A stretch of 64,000 bases of DNA from an uncultured virus (IMG/VR IMGVR_UViG_3300027741_000054) (Duplodnaviria > Heunggongvirae > Uroviricota > Caudoviricetes), in the IMG/VR virus record IMGVR_UViG_3300027741_000054; one strand, given 5' to 3'. The notes below the pieces were generated by a model. It had not been told where the DNA came from, searched no databases, and saw only the letters and a program-made list of their open reading frames with translations. A program made the translations under genes and the position numbers. Below, piece after piece: positions 26,849-36,446 of the stretch (within the stretch, counting starts at the first letter, position 1; every line of letters begins with the position of its first letter).

Positions 26849-29166
26849 TTATTACATCATCTAGAAACACGCCAGTATCAAGCGGGGTTACCGACACAAT
26901 CGACTACAAAATCGATGTGTCTAACCTCGGTCATATCGCCAGCATCCTACGCAAAGCTTACTCTGACCCGATCAGAGCGGTTGTGCGTGAGTATGGCACC
27001 AATGCCTGCGAGGGTCATATCCTCAATGGTAAAACAAACAAGCCCATCCAAGTCTCGCTTCCGACTGGTATGAAGCCAGTCTTCACGATTCGTGACTTCG
27101 GCCCTGGACTTGGCAAGGTCAAGTTCCAAGAATTGTTCTGCTCGTATGGCGGTAGCGACAAGCGGGCAAGCAACGCCTTCACGGGCTGTCTTGGTATCGG
27201 TTGCAAATCGTATGGTGCCTACACGGATGCCATTACGGTAGTCGATTGCAACGATGGCATAAAGCGTATTTGGAACTGCCACATTGACGAGAGTGAGGTG
27301 GGCAAGGCGTCGCTATTAACCGAGGCCAAGACCAACGAACCCTCTGGCGTCGAGATATCGATTCCAGTTCGGCCACAAGACATTAGTAGGTTCCGCGAAA
27401 CTGCGATGCAAGTCTATCGTGTCTTTGATGTCCGTCCCGACATCGTTAACCTATCGCCAGAAGAGAAGAAAACATATGCCACTCAGACATACAAAGATGG
27501 CATCATCAAAGGAACCAACTGGTCTTTCAATGGTGAAGGCCAAAGCTGGCTCCAGATGGGTCTTGTGCTTTACCCGCTCAAGTCCGACTTCTCTGGCTCA
27601 CCAGTAATCAAGCAGTTGATTGACGCTGGAGTCTACGTGAGGGTCGATCTTGGCGATGTCCAAGTCGCTCCCTCTCGTGAGGACTTACAGTACTCGCAGA
27701 AGACAATCCAAGGCTTGGTCAAGCATCTCAATCCAGTCATTGACTCGATGGGGTCGACCTTGCTTGCCGACATTCAAGCGGCTCCAGATTACTTCCAAGC
27801 TCACTTGATCTTGCGTAGGTTCACTGGCACTGGCGGATATAGTTCCTCCAGTTTCCGTGAAGGCATTGTCAAGAAGCTGAAAGGCAAGCTGAAGTGGAAG
27901 GGAATCGATATGCATGACGATAATCGCATCCCCTTGTGTGCTTCGCCTCTCAAGAAAGACCAGACTGAAATCGAGTTGCTTAAGTCTCACGGCATCACTG
28001 CTATGAGCATAGGCAAGCGTAGTTGGGGCAAGGCTAAGTTCAATGTCGATCGCTCCGTTGACGAGCTGATTGTCCACAAGGACACACTCGTCATGGTCAA
28101 CGATACTGGCACTGGCTCTGGTGAAGCTCGCGTTCGTCACTGGTTGATGAACGGTGGTCCGTCTGGCGCGACCGTGACTATCATCAACTTCAAAAACGGT
28201 GGCAAGGAGTTTCTCAACAAGACTCTGCCGTGGTTTGCAACGACGACATTCCAACAGGTGTCGTCTCTGCCTATGCCTCCACCGAAACAGAAAGGTGTCG
28301 ATGCGAATGGTGATGAAGTTGAATACGACAAGAATGTCAAACACACCAAGGGGAATGTGTTTGGCTTGCCTGCTAAGTATCAACGCCAAGACAAGCGTAG
28401 TGATTACTGGGGAATCTCAGCAGCACCTACGACTGGCAAGAAAGTCTACGTAACGCTCGACCAATTCAAGTGGTCAATGCCTGGTAAGGACTTTGATATG
28501 GAGGAGCATTATCCTCTACATCGAGCAAAAGAATACTTGAAAGCAATCGGGTATTGCGATCAAATCTATGGCGTGAAGGAAGCTGATGTCGCCAAAAAGG
28601 TTGATGCAACTTGGACTAAATTACAGGATGCAATCGAGCAGGGGACACAAGCCTTCCTCAAGGCTAATCCCGACAAGGCTCAGAAGATTGCTGATCGTTA
28701 TGCTGTCTTGCATTTCTTCAACGCTCGAGAAAGCTATCACACCGATAGGCTTAGAAAACAAGGTTGCTTCTTTGAGCGATCTTCTTTCGATCGTTGGGCT
28801 AATCCCAAGACTGGTCCACTCAAAGACATCAAATCCGACAGCCCGTTCCGAATCTTTATGGATAAGGTTCTGGAGATGGTTGGCGGACTGGAGAACAATG
28901 AGAAAGAATTGCCAGCTTGGCTTGAAGAACCACAGAATACTTGGGCTCTTGGCCGATCGAACAACGATGATAAGAAAGGTGTATATCAACAACTCAAAGC
29001 GTTGTTGCCTAAACCCTCTTATGATCTGAAAGTCGAGGGAACTAAAATAGCTTCGAGGTATCCATTACTTTGCCACAGTAACTGGCAATCAGATGTAATG
29101 GAATATCCAACCGAACACACTGTCGAGTATGTGCATCTTGTAGATGCAGCTCGCAAAACAAAATAA
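26845..29166 (+). CDS. rIIA: rIIA-like protein (N-terminal GHKL/Hsp90-like ATPase)
   Basis: YSDPIRAVVREYGTNA, IRDFGPGL, SDKRASN..GCLGIGCKS and PSREDL motifs; directly upstream of rIIB. Confidence 0.88.
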   Translation: MIITSSRNTPVSSGVTDTIDYKIDVSNLGHIASILRKAYSDPIRAVVREYGTNACEGHILNGKTNKPIQVSLPTGMKPVFTIRDFGPGLGKVKFQELFCSYGGSDKRASNAFTGCLGIGCKSYGAYTDAITVVDCNDGIKRIWNCHIDESEVGKASLLTEAKTNEPSGVEISIPVRPQDISRFRETAMQVYRVFDVRPDIVNLSPEEKKTYATQTYKDGIIKGTNWSFNGEGQSWLQMGLVLYPLKSDFSGSPVIKQLIDAGVYVRVDLGDVQVAPSREDLQYSQKTIQGLVKHLNPVIDSMGSTLLADIQAAPDYFQAHLILRRFTGTGGYSSSSFREGIVKKLKGKLKWKGIDMHDDNRIPLCASPLKKDQTEIELLKSHGITAMSIGKRSWGKAKFNVDRSVDELIVHKDTLVMVNDTGTGSGEARVRHWLMNGGPSGATVTIINFKNGGKEFLNKTLPWFATTTFQQVSSLPMPPPKQKGVDANGDEVEYDKNVKHTKGNVFGLPAKYQRQDKRSDYWGISAAPTTGKKVYVTLDQFKWSMPGKDFDMEEHYPLHRAKEYLKAIGYCDQIYGVKEADVAKKVDATWTKLQDAIEQGTQAFLKANPDKAQKIADRYAVLHFFNARESYHTDRLRKQGCFFERSSFDRWANPKTGPLKDIKSDSPFRIFMDKVLEMVGGLENNEKELPAWLEEPQNTWALGRSNNDDKKGVYQQLKALLPKPSYDLKVEGTKIASRYPLLCHSNWQSDVMEYPTEHTVEYVHLVDAARKTK

Positions 29167-29187
29167 AAACGAAAGGACACAGTAAGT

Positions 29188-30039
29188 ATGAACTACATCA
29201 TAACTGACGAAACAATAACAGCGGTCATCAACGGGAAGTCTCACACTATCCGTCGTGACCACGCAAATGCAAAGATGGTAATTAACGCGATCGCAGAGGG
29301 TCGTGCGGAGGGTGACATCGAGCAATTGATGGACATCACCAACGCACTCAATGCGTATCTCGGCAACTCCGTCGAGGTGAAAGACGGTTCGGTGTATCAC
29401 CGCGGTGAGATCGTTGACGAGCGTATCGCCAAACGAATCCTCAACTTCATGCAGGAGAATCTACCAGTGGAACCGATGACTCGGTTCTTGGAGAATCTCT
29501 ACAACAATCCGAGCCACAATAGTCGTGCTCAACTCTACCAATTCTTGGAGCACAAGAACATGCCGATCACTGAGGATGGCTGTTTCTTGGCTTACAAGTC
29601 GGTTGATGAGAACTATATGGACCACCACACTGGCAAGTTCTCGAACAGAGTCGGCCAGGTGTTGAGTATCGCTCGTCGCAGTGTGGACGACAATCCCGAG
29701 AACGGATGTTCTTACGGATTCCATGCTGGCTCGATCGACTACGCTGGCAACTTCGGTGGTGCCGATCGTCGGGTCGTGATCGTCAAGATCAACCCCGAGG
29801 ATGTGGTATCGGTGCCCAATGACTGCGAGTTCCAGAAGCTTCGTACTGCCAAGTACGAAGTTGTTGCGGACTACACGGGCCCGCTACCCAAGACATACGC
29901 TGAGTCGTATGACTCCACGGAAGATGACATCTACAACGAGGAAGATGTCGAGACTGATGAAACTGACAGCGATGACAGCCTTGTTACGGCAATCCGTACC
30001 GCGGCTCGCCAGTTGCTCGACGCAGTATCGAATCGCTAA
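29188..30039 (+). CDS. rIIB: rIIB-like protein
   Basis: NPS..QLY.FL, PITEDGCFLAYK, CSYGFH and VKINPEDVVSVP.D..K.R..KYEV motifs. Confidence 0.9.
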   Translation: MNYIITDETITAVINGKSHTIRRDHANAKMVINAIAEGRAEGDIEQLMDITNALNAYLGNSVEVKDGSVYHRGEIVDERIAKRILNFMQENLPVEPMTRFLENLYNNPSHNSRAQLYQFLEHKNMPITEDGCFLAYKSVDENYMDHHTGKFSNRVGQVLSIARRSVDDNPENGCSYGFHAGSIDYAGNFGGADRRVVIVKINPEDVVSVPNDCEFQKLRTAKYEVVADYTGPLPKTYAESYDSTEDDIYNEEDVETDETDSDDSLVTAIRTAARQLLDAVSNR

Positions 30040-30045
30040 CCATTC

Positions 30046-30074
30046 GGGGCGGGTGGGCAAATCCCATCCGCCCC
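30046..30074 (+). terminator. GC-rich stem-loop after rIIB (terminator or processing/stability hairpin)
   Basis: GGGGCGGGTGGG-CAAAT-CCCATCCGCCCC; no U tract. Confidence 0.5.
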
Positions 30075-30089
30075 ACTTGAAAGGAAATT

Positions 30090-30332
30090 ATGATACTAAC
30101 TAAAAAAGACTTGAAAGATAGAGTTGCTGATATGGATTCGAAGGACATCTGCTACGCCTTGATTTGGACGCAGGATGAATTCGATAGTTATTACGATGGA
30201 CAAACACCTCTCAGCAAACAAGAGTGGGAGTCCGTGCTTAATGGCATTGATTCTGAAAGCGAAGAACAGTCCATCAAAGAAAGTATTGAGATGGAAATCC
30301 AAAACATAATTGATGAAAAGGAGAATGCATGA
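30090..30332 (+). CDS. Hypothetical acidic protein
   Basis: 80 aa, AAAGGA RBS. Confidence 0.65.
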   Translation: MILTKKDLKDRVADMDSKDICYALIWTQDEFDSYYDGQTPLSKQEWESVLNGIDSESEEQSIKESIEMEIQNIIDEKENA

Positions 30333-30610
30333 TTGAAGTAGAATATAAAGGTAAACAAGCCAAGCTTATCGCGGGAACTAAGTCCCCCTATGGATTAGGC
30401 TGGCACAAAGAGGATGCGTCCATCATAGAAACATTGAAGCTTCGAGGCGGAGACGCTTCGGTTCTTCTCGCCGAATGGTGTGAGGCAACTGGATTGGACA
30501 GCAATGGCAATCTGGTCCGCAAGGAACGATTCGAAGGCAAAAAACCTTGGAGTCAAAAAGAACAGAACAAGAAAATCTATACCCGTGAAATCAAACTTGC
30601 TCAAATTTAA
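30329..30610 (+). CDS. Hypothetical protein
   Basis: 93 aa, AAGGAG RBS, ATGA overlap. Confidence 0.6.
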   Translation: MIEVEYKGKQAKLIAGTKSPYGLGWHKEDASIIETLKLRGGDASVLLAEWCEATGLDSNGNLVRKERFEGKKPWSQKEQNKKIYTREIKLAQI

Positions 30611-31427
30611 TCGCGGTAACGCGAAGCTGGGCAGAGACATCTGGACGTTCAGCCTGCCAGCAGGATTCTCCTGCCCAGGTGCGCTGGAGTGTTTGTCGAA
30701 AGCCAATCGAGAGACGGGCAAGATCACGGACGGTGCCGACACCAAGTTCCGTTGCTTTGCCGCATCTGACGAGGCTCAGTACAAGAACACACGGTTACAG
30801 AGGTGGCATAACTTCGAGTTGCTGAAAGGCAAGTCGACCGCAGAGATGTCCGAGTTGATTCAAGAAAGTCTACCAAGACAAGCTGGAATCATTCGAGTTC
30901 ATGTCTCGGGAGACTTCTTCAATCAGTTCTACTTTGATGCGTGGATGCATGTGGCCAGATGCCAACCACTCCGCACCTTCTACGCCTACACCAAAAGCTT
31001 ACCCTTCTGGCTTAGGCGTGTCGGAGACATCCCAAAGAACTTCGCCCTCAACGCAAGTCGAGGCGGAGCACACGATGAACTGATTGCCAAGCACGACCTT
31101 AAGTATGCAGAGGTTGTGTTCAGCACCAAGGAGGCAGAGGACAAGAAGTTGGAGATTGACCACGATGACAGCCACGCTTACAAGTCTGGCAAGCCATTTG
31201 CGTTGCTCATCCACGGGACACAGCCCGCGGGTAGTTTTGCGGCCAAGGCATTGTCTGCCCTTCGCAAGATTGGGTGGACTGGATATAGCAGAAAGACAGT
31301 GGCTGCTGTTGTCCTCTGTCTTGCAATGATGGATTGCGTTCCAGATAAGTACTGGCCTGTTTGGGCTAGACCTGGAAACGAAAACATATTCTCGAAGATC
31401 AAGATCTTCGGAGAGGAGATGGTATGA
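30585..31427 (+). CDS. Gp88-like protein (degenerate radical-SAM-type Fe-S family)
   Basis: GNAKL..FSLPAG.SCPGA.EC..CFA, IRVHVSGDF and FYAYTKS motifs; GTG 30585 chosen as start. Confidence 0.75.
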   Translation: MKSNLLKFNRGNAKLGRDIWTFSLPAGFSCPGALECLSKANRETGKITDGADTKFRCFAASDEAQYKNTRLQRWHNFELLKGKSTAEMSELIQESLPRQAGIIRVHVSGDFFNQFYFDAWMHVARCQPLRTFYAYTKSLPFWLRRVGDIPKNFALNASRGGAHDELIAKHDLKYAEVVFSTKEAEDKKLEIDHDDSHAYKSGKPFALLIHGTQPAGSFAAKALSALRKIGWTGYSRKTVAAVVLCLAMMDCVPDKYWPVWARPGNENIFSKIKIFGEEMV

Positions 31428-31642
31428 GTCTAATAAATAGAGCATCAGTTAAGCGGTCGGCTCTGGACATGGCGAGCGCCAAGTTCAAGGAGCGTAATAA
31501 GACGAGGATGGAAATGGGGCTTGCCCCTACGAAGTCTGCCCCGTCGAGAGTTAGTAGTGAATTCATTGACACCTTCGAAGCCAAGGTCATTGGCTTGCTG
31601 AGTGTTATGGTTCATGAGCACAAGTCAGGAGCAACACTATGA
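31424..31642 (+). CDS. Small hypothetical protein
   Basis: SLIN...VK..AL....RVS.EF pattern, loosely histone-fold-like; ATGA-coupled. Confidence 0.6.
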   Translation: MSLINRASVKRSALDMASAKFKERNKTRMEMGLAPTKSAPSRVSSEFIDTFEAKVIGLLSVMVHEHKSGATL

Positions 31643-31863
31643 ACTGTTATTGTATTACAAAACCGACGGAACAAAAGTTCTTGTCGATCGATGAAACGTG
31701 GGTGGACTTTATTACAGGTATCCGTAATGACTCCATCCGAGGCTATACCTCTGAGGAGATGGAAGCCTTAAACAACGATGCAACGAAGCATGGGGGCGAG
31801 GTCCGACAGCATCCTTCTCCCGACGGAGTCACACTCCCCTTGTTTTATGACTGGGGTACGTGA
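31639..31863 (+). CDS. Hypothetical protein
   Basis: 74 aa, AGGAG RBS. Confidence 0.6.
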   Translation: MNCYCITKPTEQKFLSIDETWVDFITGIRNDSIRGYTSEEMEALNNDATKHGGEVRQHPSPDGVTLPLFYDWGT

Positions 31864-32485
31864 AGTATTTGAGGGACTGAAGTCCCGAGAAGTCAGCCGT
31901 TACGTCAACTACTGGGACAAGATTAAGCCCAAGTCCCGAGATGATGAGTGGCGCTTCTGGGTTTTCTCGATTCTTGCAGCCAACTTTGGTTGGAAGCAGA
32001 ACGTGAAGGCATTCAACGCAATCAAGAATCGCGACTCGTGGAAATCCGACCTTGGCAAGCTACAGTTCGAACTGTACCAAACCAAGACTGGACTGTGGCG
32101 GACCAAGGCCGTGAGCATCTGGAAGTTTGATCAGATGTTCGCTGCCAAGCCCCACATCTTCGAGCGTTATACCAACGAGCCGTTGACGCAGTACCGCGAT
32201 CGGATTGCGGACAACGTGCCAGGATTGGCGATTGCTAAGTCAAGCTTCTATGTGGAGATGAAACATCACGAGGAGTCAAACGTTGTTTGCCTCGACCGTA
32301 GGGTGTTGAAGTCTATCCACAAGAGGGACAGAAAAGTGAACAGGACTGACTACCTCGCGCTTGAGAACGAGTGGCAGACCTGCTCAAAGGAATACGGTAT
32401 CCCCGCGGCTTCTGCCAGATTCATCTGGTGGGACAAGTTGCAGGGGTATAAAAATAGTCGGTACTGGAGTGAGGCATTAGAATGA
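31847..32485 (+). CDS. HhH-GPD superfamily DNA glycosylase-like protein (Ogg-like)
   Basis: FSILAAN, HhH VPGLAIAKSSF, catalytic-Asp-like VCLDR and YLALE motifs. Confidence 0.7.
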   Translation: MTGVREVFEGLKSREVSRYVNYWDKIKPKSRDDEWRFWVFSILAANFGWKQNVKAFNAIKNRDSWKSDLGKLQFELYQTKTGLWRTKAVSIWKFDQMFAAKPHIFERYTNEPLTQYRDRIADNVPGLAIAKSSFYVEMKHHEESNVVCLDRRVLKSIHKRDRKVNRTDYLALENEWQTCSKEYGIPAASARFIWWDKLQGYKNSRYWSEALE

Positions 32486-32685
32486 AAAAAGTAAATGGTG
32501 AGATTCTTTGGGGCGCTGGCGACAGCATCCACAAGATCTCTTTTATCGCAGACGTGGACACAGCCAAGGAAAAGGTCGACAACCTTAAACTTGAACTGGA
32601 CCCGCAGTTCCTTGATGACGTTCTTCAGAACGTGTACAAGGCGGGTGCAGACGAAGCACTCCGATTGGCCGCTGTCCAAGGATGA
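32482..32685 (+). CDS. Hypothetical protein
   Basis: 67 aa, ATGA-coupled. Confidence 0.6.
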   Translation: MKKVNGEILWGAGDSIHKISFIADVDTAKEKVDNLKLELDPQFLDDVLQNVYKAGADEALRLAAVQG

Positions 32686-33127
32686 CAAAGAAACCACGTA
32701 AAAGAATCCGTATGTTGGAGATGGTGCTACTCTGTTTCCAACTCGTTGGCTTTATGGTTGTGACTTGGTCGGTCTATTCAACCTTCCTTGGAACGTACCA
32801 TAGAACCTGCGTAATGGTTGAGAAGAAACTACTTGGGCGCTAAATTAAAAATGCTCGCCTAACCACGTTTCAAAGTCATCCAATTTATTCCCGAGTTCCT
32901 CGGGGGTTATGATACCAAGAGAACAAGCCCGAGCAAATTGCAGAATATCGGTGACTTGTTCTGGAAGTATCGCAAACTCCGGGGACTCGGGAATATTTTT
33001 TAACACAGTTTCATCCTTCTTCCAATAAGTATACACAAAGTTTTAATAATTGAAAGCGTAACAAGGCACGTAAGCCAAATAATATCACGCTTTGTATTTC
33101 TCATTTCCCAATTTTGTCCCAGCCATA

Positions 33128-33155
33128 TTGACTTGGCAACCCCATTAGTCAGCAT
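33128..33155 (+). promoter_or_regulatory. Promoter TTGACT-N16-CAGCAT, leaderless
   Basis: -10 ends 6 nt before GTG 33162. Confidence 0.55.
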
Positions 33156-33161
33156 TGAATT

Positions 33162-33416
33162 GTGCCCAAGAAGCTCGCAGAAGCAAAGTTCGGCGAACTA
33201 TCCGAACAGTTCCTCCGTGTATTACTCGCCGCAGCTGCGGTCGATGGTAAATCGGAAGAGCTGGTTATTACCCGCAAGGCTTTCTATGATCTGCACGAGA
33301 AGTTAAAGGAAGGTTATAATCCAGAGATTGATGTTTGGTATGAGGACAACGAGCTTCACGTAGCCTTAGCCTGGAGTGAAGTTCCTATTGTTGGATTCAG
33401 AAAAATCCGTGGCTAA
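33162..33416 (+). CDS. Hypothetical protein
   Basis: 84 aa with its own promoter. Confidence 0.6.
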   Translation: MPKKLAEAKFGELSEQFLRVLLAAAAVDGKSEELVITRKAFYDLHEKLKEGYNPEIDVWYEDNELHVALAWSEVPIVGFRKIRG

Positions 33417-33539
33417 GAATAAAAAGAAAAAAGTTAAAAGCTTGATCGATCACTCGCATCGGCCGCGCCAGGGCTTGCTCGATAAGGTAGCCAAGCTGGC
33501 ATTATACCACAAGAATTAACGGCTTATTTTCCTATCCGA

Positions 33540-34262
33540 CTATTTGATTGTGGCGTATCTTCCGAGTCCCGTTTTTTGTAGAGTGGGAGCTTCAAATTTT
33601 GATCTATCATAAGTTAAATTTACGAATGAAGTATCTCCTCCTCCAACCCTCAATTGTTCAGTCCCACTTCTATCCTCAAGTCCACTTATTTTTTGAGCTA
33701 CTTTTGTTGGGTCTAATTTACTCTGCATCCACGAAGCGGGTAACAAGGAGCCAGTCCCATATATACCTTTAAATGCCCCAGCTTTTTCTTGACCCGCCCC
33801 TGTACCCCCACCAATTACTTTTTGAGCTGCTGAGCCAGCTTCGATTACTCCAGTTTTTGTCTTCGCCATTTCTTGGGCTTTTTGGGCTTCGGCAAAAGCT
33901 TTATCATATGTTGACTCTTGAGCTTTCATCTTACCAAGCAAAGCAGATTCTTTTTGCATTGCCATAAAGACATTAGCTGTGGTATTTGAGTCCCAAGGAG
34001 ATTTTGATCCTGAAAATCCTTCTGCGTACCTTGTTCCGGGCGAAAGGTATTGCCCGAGTATTGCCTGCCCTGCTTGGGAAGATCTCGCCTTTGCCAGGAA
34101 TTCTGACTCAGCTTTTTGTTTTGCCATATATGCGTTTTGAGCATCGATGTTGTCCTGCTTTCTTTTGTTTTCAAGATCTCGCATCCTCATCTCGGCCAGC
34201 GTAACGTCAAATGGTGGAGGATTAGTGTCATAATAGCCTGCAATCTTACTCCAATCTGGCAT
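33540..34262 (-). CDS. Hypothetical late (probably virion-associated) protein
   Basis: 240 aa, A/G/K/Q-rich, last gene of the late train. Confidence 0.7.
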   Translation of the reverse strand: MPDWSKIAGYYDTNPPPFDVTLAEMRMRDLENKRKQDNIDAQNAYMAKQKAESEFLAKARSSQAGQAILGQYLSPGTRYAEGFSGSKSPWDSNTTANVFMAMQKESALLGKMKAQESTYDKAFAEAQKAQEMAKTKTGVIEAGSAAQKVIGGGTGAGQEKAGAFKGIYGTGSLLPASWMQSKLDPTKVAQKISGLEDRSGTEQLRVGGGDTSFVNLTYDRSKFEAPTLQKTGLGRYATIK

Positions 34263-34263
34263 A

Positions 34264-34407
34264 TTATTTACCTAATCCTCTCTTAGCCCTAGCTTGAAAT
34301 TTTTTCTTGCCCAGTTTCTTCCGGCCAATCCACGCGGCTAAAGCTTTGGGATCATCCGCTCCTTTGGCGGATAGACTTTTTACCAGCTTAGCGTAGCCCA
34401 TCTTCAT
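34264..34407 (-). CDS. Small basic protein (47 aa)
   Basis: MKMGYAKLVKSL...ALAAWIGRKKLGKKKFQ...GLGK; fills the gap exactly; below ORF-track cutoff. Confidence 0.7.
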   Translation of the reverse strand: MKMGYAKLVKSLSAKGADDPKALAAWIGRKKLGKKKFQARAKRGLGK

Positions 34408-34958
34408 ATTAAATTAGCAAAACTATTTGGATTTTTTCTATAACTTTCAAGTAATTTTTTAAGTATCTTAATTTCATCTTCTGAATAACCTGCTAAAACT
34501 TTTGAGGAAGCGGGAGCTGTAGGGCCTTTGGTTGGAACTTCTGATGTAGCGAGTAAGGGAGATCCGGAACTACTACCCGGCTTAGAGGGAACACCCGGCT
34601 CGGTCACTGGTTTTACAACGCTTCCAGCAATCTTAGCGGCTTCTGCAACTTTAGCGTCTTCCGCGGCTTTAGCGGCCTCTTTTGCTTTGGCTTCTTCCGC
34701 GGCTTTAGCGGCAAGAACTGCATTGTAATCGTCTTCATACATCGTCCTAACTGTTGGGTCAAACTTGTTGGTAAACTGAACTGAAGGAAGATTTGCCGAA
34801 GGCAACTTAACGGAAAGGTTTGGAAGATTAAAACTAGGCATTCGAAGCGCTGGGCCAGAAGGACCTCTTGGCATAGTTGGTCTTTTAGCCATAATGCCAA
34901 CCTGATACCCAGCTCCTAAACCTAAATTTTTTGCCGCCTCGTAAGAGTTGACTGCCAT
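34404..34958 (-). CDS. Hypothetical low-complexity protein
   Basis: 184 aa with AAKAAE repeats. Confidence 0.65.
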   Translation of the reverse strand: MAVNSYEAAKNLGLGAGYQVGIMAKRPTMPRGPSGPALRMPSFNLPNLSVKLPSANLPSVQFTNKFDPTVRTMYEDDYNAVLAAKAAEEAKAKEAAKAAEDAKVAEAAKIAGSVVKPVTEPGVPSKPGSSSGSPLLATSEVPTKGPTAPASSKVLAGYSEDEIKILKKLLESYRKNPNSFANLI

Positions 34959-34959
34959 A

Positions 34960-35115
34960 TTATTTACCTTTCGATTTACCAGCCGCGCTTAACGCAATGG
35001 CAATAATCTGGGCCCGGTTACGGGGTTTGCCCCCAGCTCCACGAGCTTTACCTTTCTTCTTGTTATCAGCATAAAGTTCGCTGATGTTATCTGATACGTT
35101 TTTTCCTAATGGCAT
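34960..35115 (-). CDS. Small basic protein (51 aa, MPLGK start)
   Basis: MPLGKNVSDNISELY...QIIAIALSAAGK; AGGAG RBS; below ORF-track cutoff. Confidence 0.7.
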   Translation of the reverse strand: MPLGKNVSDNISELYADNKKKGKARGAGGKPRNRAQIIAIALSAAGKSKGK

Positions 35116-35130
35116 AGTCTTCTCCTTTGA

Positions 35131-35580
35131 TTATGGGAAGGTTAGCAGGTAACGAAGTTGTTGTACATCCCCCAAGATAGTGTCTCGGATGTTTAATAGA
35201 TCGGTGTCTTTGGTTCCCACATATGTCGGCAATTCGTCTTGTAAAAAAGAAATGAATTTATCAACAAATAGCATTGGGCTTCCCGAGTAGTTGTCCAGGT
35301 TTAATACAAACTTACCGCTCGAAGCATAGATTCTTTGATACTTTCCCATGTACGATTCAATAAAATCATCCATATTCTCTCCAAGGGATTCATAAATTTC
35401 CCCATAACTTTTGTGTTGAGCAAATGATTTAGTCTGCCAATGAAAAATTTTAAATTGATTGTGGGCGGTCATAAGATTAGTAAGTAATATCTCGCCTTTA
35501 TCCGATCCTTTAGCCTCAAGGTCAGAGCCCTTGTTACTTACCTGCATTTCTTTGAGGTAATCCTGGAACTTTGCGGCCAT
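35131..35580 (-). CDS. Ferritin/Dps-like protein (DUF5856-like)
   Basis: KIFHWQTKSFAQHK..Y.....DDFIE..MG and DLLNIRD..YLL motifs. Confidence 0.75.
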   Translation of the reverse strand: MAAKFQDYLKEMQVSNKGSDLEAKGSDKGEILLTNLMTAHNQFKIFHWQTKSFAQHKSYGEIYESLGENMDDFIESYMGKYQRIYASSGKFVLNLDNYSGSPMLFVDKFISFLQDELPTYVGTKDTDLLNIRDTILGDVQQLRYLLTFP

Positions 35581-35582
35581 GG

Positions 35583-36008
35583 TTAAACCTGTTCCTCTAC
35601 CGCATCCACAAAACTTTTATTTTTATTTTCTTTGGAATCATCTAATGGACCACCAACAATCCAGGCTTTGCAAGTACGCTTTGACGCACACTTAAAATCA
35701 AAAGCTTCGCAGTATCCAAGGTCCCCGGCATCAATGGTCGCCCACTCATCTCCCTGATCTTTGCCAAGTCCTTTGGCAATACAGTCTTTGATGCGGGTTG
35801 TGACGTTGAACGCAGCACAATTTCCACACCTAGATTTTTTAGCTTCCTCAGGTGAGGTGTTGAACTCTTGTCCAAGCTTAATCCAATAATCTTCATTAGG
35901 TTCGTTGGGGTTCATCGGCCCGTACATTGCCGTATCAATAGCTTTCTTTCTATTGCGTAAATTGGCTGCAATGTCTTGAGTCTCAACAGGACAGGCTTTA
36001 GTAGGCAT
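35583..36008 (-). CDS. Cys-rich hypothetical protein (possible metal/Fe-S binding)
   Basis: RCGNCAAF..GYC..FKCA..RTC.AW. Confidence 0.7.
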   Translation of the reverse strand: MPTKACPVETQDIAANLRNRKKAIDTAMYGPMNPNEPNEDYWIKLGQEFNTSPEEAKKSRCGNCAAFNVTTRIKDCIAKGLGKDQGDEWATIDAGDLGYCEAFDFKCASKRTCKAWIVGGPLDDSKENKNKSFVDAVEEQV

Positions 36009-36018
36009 AACTTTTAGT

Positions 36019-36216
36019 TTACTTGGACTCCATTATATCGTCAACACCATCTTCGTCTTTATCTTGAAAAGAACTAGGGTCTCTAGTGAAAATTTTCTTT
36101 GCTAACATATAGCGTTCTTCAGCAGTCATTTCCGTCCACATTTCTGCCTTACCCCTTGGCTTCCAAAGGATTAGAGCAATCACTATAAAAGCAAAAAACA
36201 AAACGGGCCAAAACAT
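36019..36216 (-). CDS. Small membrane protein
   Basis: N-terminal TM helix; DKDEDGVDD Ca-binding-like tail. Confidence 0.65.
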   Translation of the reverse strand: MFWPVLFFAFIVIALILWKPRGKAEMWTEMTAEERYMLAKKIFTRDPSSFQDKDEDGVDDIMESK

Positions 36217-36446
36217 TATTTACCTAACCCTGTTTTTTTCTTCCAGCTTATCCGTTCTGAACTTGTCTTTTTTCTAGCGGCCGAGTTACACATTGACTTA
36301 GTGGGGCGACAAGCTGGATAACTTCCGCCCTCTGAGGCACTCTTCCTCCCGCAAGGTCCGCCAGTCTTGCAGTTGATCCAACCTTTTCCCTTGTTCCTAG
36401 AAAACCAACCGTGTAGACCTTTCTTTTTTTCAAGGTCAAAAGCCAT
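36216..36446 (-). CDS. Small basic Cys-containing protein
   Basis: GLHGWF..W..PCGRK..YPACRP pattern; TAATG coupling. Confidence 0.7.
   Translation of the reverse strand: MAFDLEKKKGLHGWFSRNKGKGWINCKTGGPCGRKSASEGGSYPACRPTKSMCNSAARKKTSSERISWKKKTGLGK

Noticed and set aside
27685..28389. 234-aa minus-strand ORF and similar antisense ORFs elsewhere
   Set aside because: Shadow frames of well-supported genes such as rIIA, terL and the giant protein
34260..36230. Shared C-terminal GK / GLGK peptide in small late proteins
   Set aside because: Explained at nucleotide level by the repeated junction AGGTAAATAA(T)ATG, an RBS-stop-start coupling, so not counted as a protein motif
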